Below are positions 59,202 through 64,000 of a stretch of DNA of 64,000 bases, in pieces. The stretch is from an uncultured Verrucomicrobiae bacterium. Lineage in GTDB: Bacteria; Verrucomicrobiota; Verrucomicrobiia; Chthoniobacterales; JAFAMB01. Made by a program: the position numbers and the translations under genes. The notes below the pieces were generated by a model, which was not told the DNA's origin, searched no databases, and worked only from the letters and a program-made list of their open reading frames with translations. The first letter of the stretch is position 1; every line of letters begins with the position of its first letter. Location of the stretch: assembly GCA_963762565.1 (NCBI GenBank), contig CAVXLD010000012.1, positions 480,001 to 544,000 on the forward strand. Direction: 5' to 3'.

Positions 59202-59644
59202 TTCGCTTTTCCCACCATCAAAAGAACTCAAAAGAGCACAAAAAAATAAATCTCACGCAAAGCCGCAAAGCCGGAAAGGTTAAGAGGGTGGGGGGCCTGC
59301 CCTGAGCATCTCGACAAGCTCGATACAGGCAAGCTTTGAGCGCGTCGAAGGGTTAATAGCGATTCGTGGACCGCTGCCTCGCTCGCGAGGCCGACAACGC
59401 GAAGCGCCTAATCTGCGTTCATCTGCGGTTGAACTGTCTTTCCTTTGCGTCTTTGCGCCTTTGCGTGAGATTTTCATTCGCGTCCATTCGCGGTCCCTTT
59501 TTGCGTTCTTTGCGCTCTTCCGCCGCTTACCGCGCCGTAGGCCTTGCGGAGGCGGGGCTATTAACTCTTCCACCAATCACCTGTCACCAATCACGAATCA
59601 CTTCCCGCCTATAGCCATCTGTCATCTGTCATGCGCTTCGCCTC

Positions 59645-59770
59645 GGCTATCGGCTATCGGCTATTGGCTATTGGCTATTGGCTATTGGCTATTGGCTATT
59701 GGCTATTGGCTATTGGCTATTGGCTATTGGCTATTGGCTATTGGCTATTGGCTATTGGCTATTGGCTATT
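59645..59770. repeat. Heptamer tandem array, 2x GGCTATC + 16x GGCTATT
   Basis: Read directly; the last unit overlaps the PPK2 stop codon. Confidence 0.97.
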
Positions 59771-61265
59771 CGCGAAGCGACAGCGCCTGCCTAATCGCCT
59801 CGCAGACAGTCTCCAGCACCTTCACCCGAGCATACCATTTGCAGTTCGATTCCACGATCGTCCACGGTGCGTACGGCGTACTGGTCCGATACAACATCTC
59901 CTCAACTGCATCTCGGTACTGATCCAGTTTTGATCGATTTCGCCAGTCCTCTTCCGTGATCTTCCACTGCTTATGGACATCTTCCTTTCGCTCCTTAAAC
60001 CGTCGTAGCTGTTCGTCGGGATCGATTTGCAACCAGAACTTGAACAGGACCGTTCCGAAATGCACCAGCTGTTGTTCCATCGCGTTAATCTCTCGATACG
60101 CCCGTCGCCATTGGGCCTCAGTGCAGAACCCTTCAACCCGTTCGACCAGCACCCGGCCGTACCACGTCCGATCGAAGATCGCAATGTGCCCAGCCTTGGG
60201 CAACTGCGCCCAGAACCGCCAAAGATAATGGTGTGCCTTCTCGATATCATTCGGGGCGGCGATAGGTATTACCTCGTACCCCCGCGGATCCAGGTTTTGG
60301 GTTAACCGGCGAATATTCCCTCCTTTACCGGCCGCATCCCAGCCCTCATACGCGATGACCACAGGCATACGCCGCCGGTAGATCTGGTGCTCGAGCTCGC
60401 GAAGCCTGTTCTGGGCCTCCTTGAGCCGGTCAGTATACTCTTCGGCAGTTAACGACAAAGACAGATCCACATGATCGAGCGCGGTTGTCTTGAAAGCATT
60501 AATTGTCGGAGCCGGTTGAACCGCTGGCGCCGGTGCTTCGTCGCCTTTCCGGCCGGCAACCGCGACGCCACGCTCCAACGCATCGATCATGGTTGTGAAA
60601 GCCTTCAGAGTCGCGAACCGCCGGTCGTGAGCTTCGACCACGGTCCAAGGAGCGTATTCGGTGTCAGTCTCGGTTAACATGTTCTCGGCAGCTGCCAGGT
60701 ACTCGTCATAATGCTTATTCTGCCGTAGATCGGCTTCCGTCACTCGCCAGGCGGTCGCAGCGCTTTCCTTTAGAGCATCAAAGCGCTGTTTCTGTTCGTG
60801 CTTGGAGATGTGGAGGAAGAACTTAACCATCACCACCCCGTCATCGGTCAGTTGCCGCTCGAATGAACGGATGTCTTCTAATGCCTGGCGGAGTTGTTTC
60901 CCTTTGATCTGCCCTTCTACCCGGTCAGTCACGACCCGGCGATTCCAACTCCGATCGAAGATAGCCAACCGCCCCCGCGTTGGTGTGCGTTTCCAGAACC
61001 GCCACAGGAACGGATAAAACTTTTCCTCCTCCGTCGGCCCGCTTGCGCTGTAGACGGTGAACCCTCGCGGATCAAGCGGCAGAATTAACTGGTTGATCAA
61101 TGTTCCTTTGCCAGACGCACTCCAGCCTTCGAATACGATAATAACAGGGATCCCCTGAGCTTTAACTTGCCGCTGCAGGTCCGCCAACTTCAGGTCCAGA
61201 TCACTTTTGAGCCGTTTGTACTCAGCTTTTGCGACCTCCCGCGATAGATCGACGTTCTTGAGCAT
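59766..61265 (-). CDS. pap: Two-domain polyphosphate kinase 2 (polyphosphate:AMP phosphotransferase)
   Basis: Tandem PPK2 domains: FEGWSASGKG / YEGWDAAGKGG and FDRSW / FDRTWYGRV. Confidence 0.93.
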   Translation of the reverse strand: MLKNVDLSREVAKAEYKRLKSDLDLKLADLQRQVKAQGIPVIIVFEGWSASGKGTLINQLILPLDPRGFTVYSASGPTEEEKFYPFLWRFWKRTPTRGRLAIFDRSWNRRVVTDRVEGQIKGKQLRQALEDIRSFERQLTDDGVVMVKFFLHISKHEQKQRFDALKESAATAWRVTEADLRQNKHYDEYLAAAENMLTETDTEYAPWTVVEAHDRRFATLKAFTTMIDALERGVAVAGRKGDEAPAPAVQPAPTINAFKTTALDHVDLSLSLTAEEYTDRLKEAQNRLRELEHQIYRRRMPVVIAYEGWDAAGKGGNIRRLTQNLDPRGYEVIPIAAPNDIEKAHHYLWRFWAQLPKAGHIAIFDRTWYGRVLVERVEGFCTEAQWRRAYREINAMEQQLVHFGTVLFKFWLQIDPDEQLRRFKERKEDVHKQWKITEEDWRNRSKLDQYRDAVEEMLYRTSTPYAPWTIVESNCKWYARVKVLETVCEAIRQALSLRE

Positions 61266-61479
61266 AAAAGCACTCAGTTCAAATCATACCAGGATACCAT
61301 GTCTGTCCTAGCCTCCACAGATAAAAGCAATCGGAACTGATCAACGAATTGAAAGTACGCGAAATGGAATGAACGGGGGTGAATCACGTTCAAGGTCACG
61401 AAGATTCTACACCCATTCACCTTTCACCGGTCACCGCTCACCCTCTTCCTTTGCGGCTTTGCGTGAGATTTTTCTTCGC

Positions 61480-61649
61480 CTACTGCATGCCTTCAATCGC
61501 GGAGCTTTCGATATACTTCGATGATTGTTGCTGTATCGGCTTAAGCTTTTGGAACTCTGACGACGAACGCCACCGTTCCGCATCGGCCAGACTTGGGAAT
61601 TCAATCACCACGACTCGCTGAGGAGCGCGTCCATCAAATACCACCGCTT
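61480..61649 (-). pseudogene. 3' half of a DUF1330 paralog
   Basis: Near-identical DNA to about 44242-44402; similarity stops about 25 nt before the PIN toxin stop. Confidence 0.85.
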
Positions 61650-61673
61650 CTACGTCGGCCAGGGGAACGCCAC

Positions 61674-62087
61674 CTAAGAATTGAACGGATTCTTCACTCG
61701 AACACCGCCAAAATCCTGTCCATCGTTCAGGTCCTCCGAGTAAATGATATTACAGCCTGCCGCTTTAGCGGCTTCGATGATAGCAGCATCCCAGTAGGAA
61801 ATGCGGAACCTTTTCTTGGTGCCCAATGCCGCGTGCATCACTGGTAACGTCAGTTCTTGTATCTTGAACCGTTCCCACGAAGTGATTAAGGCAACGGCCT
61901 GATCATGGGTGATGCGATCCGCTTTCGTATCTCGAGTCGCCTGTACGTAAAATTCCTGTAACACCTGCACGGAGAGAGCACCATTTGGTTGATCCAGCAG
62001 ATTGAGGGCTTGAGCTGCTTTCGCTGCTTCTTCCGGATCAGTGCTCAACGCGTAAAGCAAGATATTAGTATCAATGAAATGCATCAC
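61674..62087 (-). CDS. PIN-domain (VapC-like) toxin
   Basis: FIDTNILLY, QVLQEF, SYWDAAI, YSEDL. Confidence 0.93.
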   Translation of the reverse strand: MMHFIDTNILLYALSTDPEEAAKAAQALNLLDQPNGALSVQVLQEFYVQATRDTKADRITHDQAVALITSWERFKIQELTLPVMHAALGTKKRFRISYWDAAIIEAAKAAGCNIIYSEDLNDGQDFGGVRVKNPFNS

Positions 62088-62314
62088 CGCTCATGAGCTG
62101 CTGCCCGGCCTAGTCGATCGGCTGCTCGAAACTTCTTGATCTTCTTCCGGGTTTGTTCCTGCAATTGTTTCAGCCGGTCCGTTATATCCTCTTGTCCAGC
62201 GAGTTGGATCAGAAAATCTCGGACCAGAGCCGATACCGACGTATCCGCTTGCGCCGCCCGGATCCGTGCTCGGCGGTACACTTCTTCATCTACGGCGATG
62301 GTTATATTCTTCAC
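62084..62314 (-). CDS. RHH-type antitoxin
   Basis: MKNITIAVDEEVYRRARIRAA...SVSALVRDFL; overlaps the toxin start. Confidence 0.88.
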   Translation of the reverse strand: MKNITIAVDEEVYRRARIRAAQADTSVSALVRDFLIQLAGQEDITDRLKQLQEQTRKKIKKFRAADRLGRAAAHER

Positions 62315-62333
62315 AGTTCCACAGTATCACAGT
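62312..62333. promoter_or_regulatory. Three CACAGT direct repeats (8-bp period) at the antitoxin start, possible operator
   Basis: 62312-17, 62320-25, 62328-33. Confidence 0.45.
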
Positions 62334-62471
62334 GACGAAGAAAATCTTGCTCGGCTACATTTGGGGGGCGAATGCTGCTGGAGCGGCTTTGGGAAGATAG
62401 CGTTAGCGTTACGTCGGATTGGGGGAGATGGGGAGGGAGCGGTCCTCATTCATGCCAGCAAAGGAGCAGCT

Positions 62472-62567
62472 CTAGCGCCTTGCAGGGAAGATCGTCCGTC
62501 GTTCGATTCCCCGATTCAAGACATGATACCAAGCTCCTGGGAAGTCCACGCGAGTTGCACGCGCCAT
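62472..62567 (-). pseudogene. 5' remnant of a second RAYT-like transposase
   Basis: MARATRVDFPGAWYHVLNRGIERRTIFPARR*, a paralog of the N-terminus at 51839; same upstream TATAGACGCGACCCC motif (62643-57 vs 51892-906). Confidence 0.85.
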
Positions 62568-63032
62568 GCCCGTGAGAGTCGCATCCAATAATAGATATAC
62601 AATAATAATATGTTATTATGATTCAAGAACTTAGTGTTTTGTTATAGACGCGACCCCGGGACCGACGCCCCAGAACACCAACGCATTAGTCCGGGCAGGG
62701 CTTCATCACTGAAGCACGCGCTTCCCTGCCCGGCTTCATCGAAACCCCCTCGATTGAAACCATCTTTGAAGGGCTAGAGTTGCAGCGAATCCGGCTTCAT
62801 CACGATCAGCAAATTCCAGAATGGTAGGGTCAGAGAAAATGGGGGTAAGTAAACAAACAAATCTTGACTAAGTCCATCTAGCGTTTGCTATGGGGTGTTC
62901 TTAACAAGGGTGTGCCCCTCCAAAAACCGCGGCTGTGTCGACCGGCGCTGAGCCTCAACCCCCTTTCACATTATATTTCCTCTAATTTCTCGTCTACATA
63001 TCAAGTAAACCTTCCAATCGACCACCAAAACT

Positions 63033-63338
63033 ATGCCTGAAATCTTTGTCGAGGTTAGGCCCAAAGGCGCTGGCGCTGGCGACTTAAGCGCGAGAGTCAG
63101 TAAGAAAGAACAATTACTAGATCGCATCGACGAGCTGGGTTCGAGTCTGCAAGAAATCTCAAACCGGCTTTCTAAGAAGCTGGATGAACTCTCCGCAAAA
63201 AAAGAGCCCGGCTGGAAGCTGAGGGAAGTATCACTTCAATTTTCTCTGGACTTAGAAACAGAGGCCGGCGTGATCATCGCCCGCACTAAAACCTCCGCCG
63301 GATTCGAAGCCACCTTTTCCTGGAAGTACGAAACCTGA
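63033..63338 (+). CDS. Trypsin-co-occurring domain protein (Trypco1/CU044_2847-like)
   Basis: C-terminal EVSLQFSLDLETEAGVIIARTKTSAGFEATFSW pattern, directly upstream of a trypsin-like gene. Confidence 0.8.
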   Translation: MPEIFVEVRPKGAGAGDLSARVSKKEQLLDRIDELGSSLQEISNRLSKKLDELSAKKEPGWKLREVSLQFSLDLETEAGVIIARTKTSAGFEATFSWKYET

Positions 63339-63350
63339 GGCGAAAAACCC

Positions 63351-64000
63351 GTGGAACCAGCCATCGCCCGCCTTTACGCCTTGGATCCGGAGACCGGGCC
63401 CCGCGGAACCGGTTTCGCAATCTCCCCTGATCTTGCTCTCACCGCGTTTCATTGCATTGGGAACCGTTCCACCGGTGAGATCCAATTTACCAAGGTCCGC
63501 TTTCAGTTCAGGAACGACATCGCGCTAGAAGCTGAATATCTCGCCGGAAACCCAAAAACCGACTTCGCCCTTCTACGCTTTAGCACTCCGCTTCCTTCAG
63601 ATCTTCGCCCGATTGGTTTAGCCAGTGGAGTGATCGAACGGAGCACGTACCGGGCGATTGGTTTTCCAGTAGGCTATGTTGGTGAAAATGGACCGGACCG
63701 ATTCACGGTTCAAGGCACCGTCACGGATTCTAAAGCTCGATTCACTGACGGCAGTCCGGCGCTACAGCTGCTTTGTCTTGAGTCTCTGGCTGAACTTTCA
63801 TTGCACGGTCTAAGTGGCGCACCGGTGCTGGTGGCAACCCGACAAGGTGAGTCAGCGATTGGATTGGTACGTTGGAATCATCCCCGGGAGAGCGACGACC
63901 GTTTCGCCACCGGCGCAACCATGTTTGCGTGTCCCATTGCTACTATCATCGAACAGGTGCCGGATATCCGGCCACTCGTTCATGAGATCTCGCCAATGGC
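63351..64000 (+). CDS. Trypsin-like serine protease domain protein; continues beyond window
   Basis: Not in ORF track. GTG at 63351; GTGFAI, LTAFHC (His), DFALL (Asp), GLSGAPV (Ser); open to the window end; no signal peptide. Confidence 0.88.
   Translation, partial: MEPAIARLYALDPETGPRGTGFAISPDLALTAFHCIGNRSTGEIQFTKVRFQFRNDIALEAEYLAGNPKTDFALLRFSTPLPSDLRPIGLASGVIERSTYRAIGFPVGYVGENGPDRFTVQGTVTDSKARFTDGSPALQLLCLESLAELSLHGLSGAPVLVATRQGESAIGLVRWNHPRESDDRFATGATMFACPIATIIEQVPDIRPLVHEISPM

Noticed and set aside
59461..59933. ORFs with (LLAIGYW)n
   Set aside because: Translation of the GGCTATT heptamer array, antisense to PPK2.
1..64000. tRNA, rRNA, reverse transcriptase/DGR, integrase or prophage genes
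   Set aside because: No cloverleaf, rRNA signature, RT or recombinase motifs recognised by eye; a covariance/HMM search would be needed to exclude them fully.

Overview
Bacterial chromosomal segment with about 50 genes, mostly metabolic and transport. By inference from its gene families it probably comes from a soil Verrucomicrobium. It carries a hydroxyproline epimerase/oxidase pair, LacI plus a GH87 alpha-1,3-glucanase, an RND efflux pair, mazEF and PIN toxin-antitoxin modules, KdoO, a GSP-synthase cluster, GH31 plus MFS, and PPK2. No rRNA, tRNA or CRISPR array was seen. The most striking feature is non-coding: almost every intergenic gap is a mosaic of 7-10 bp tandem repeats and REP-like hairpins. 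Ultra-short hairpin elements (22 bp, 30-32 bp, 42 bp, ~35 bp) are inserted into these at precise positions, into each other, and in-frame into a membrane-protein gene; filled and empty alleles are both visible in the window. Two decayed RAYT-like HUH tyrosine transposase copies with a shared upstream motif and a 290-bp TA-targeting MITE are also present. Candidate conflict or signalling modules are a long-N-terminus diadenylate-cyclase-like protein, a Trypco + trypsin-like protease pair at the right edge, an orphan 2TM (SLATT-like) gene coupled to a 46-aa peptide, and an uncharacterised membrane protein/lipoprotein/helical protein operon. All family calls come from motif recognition by eye; no searches were run.
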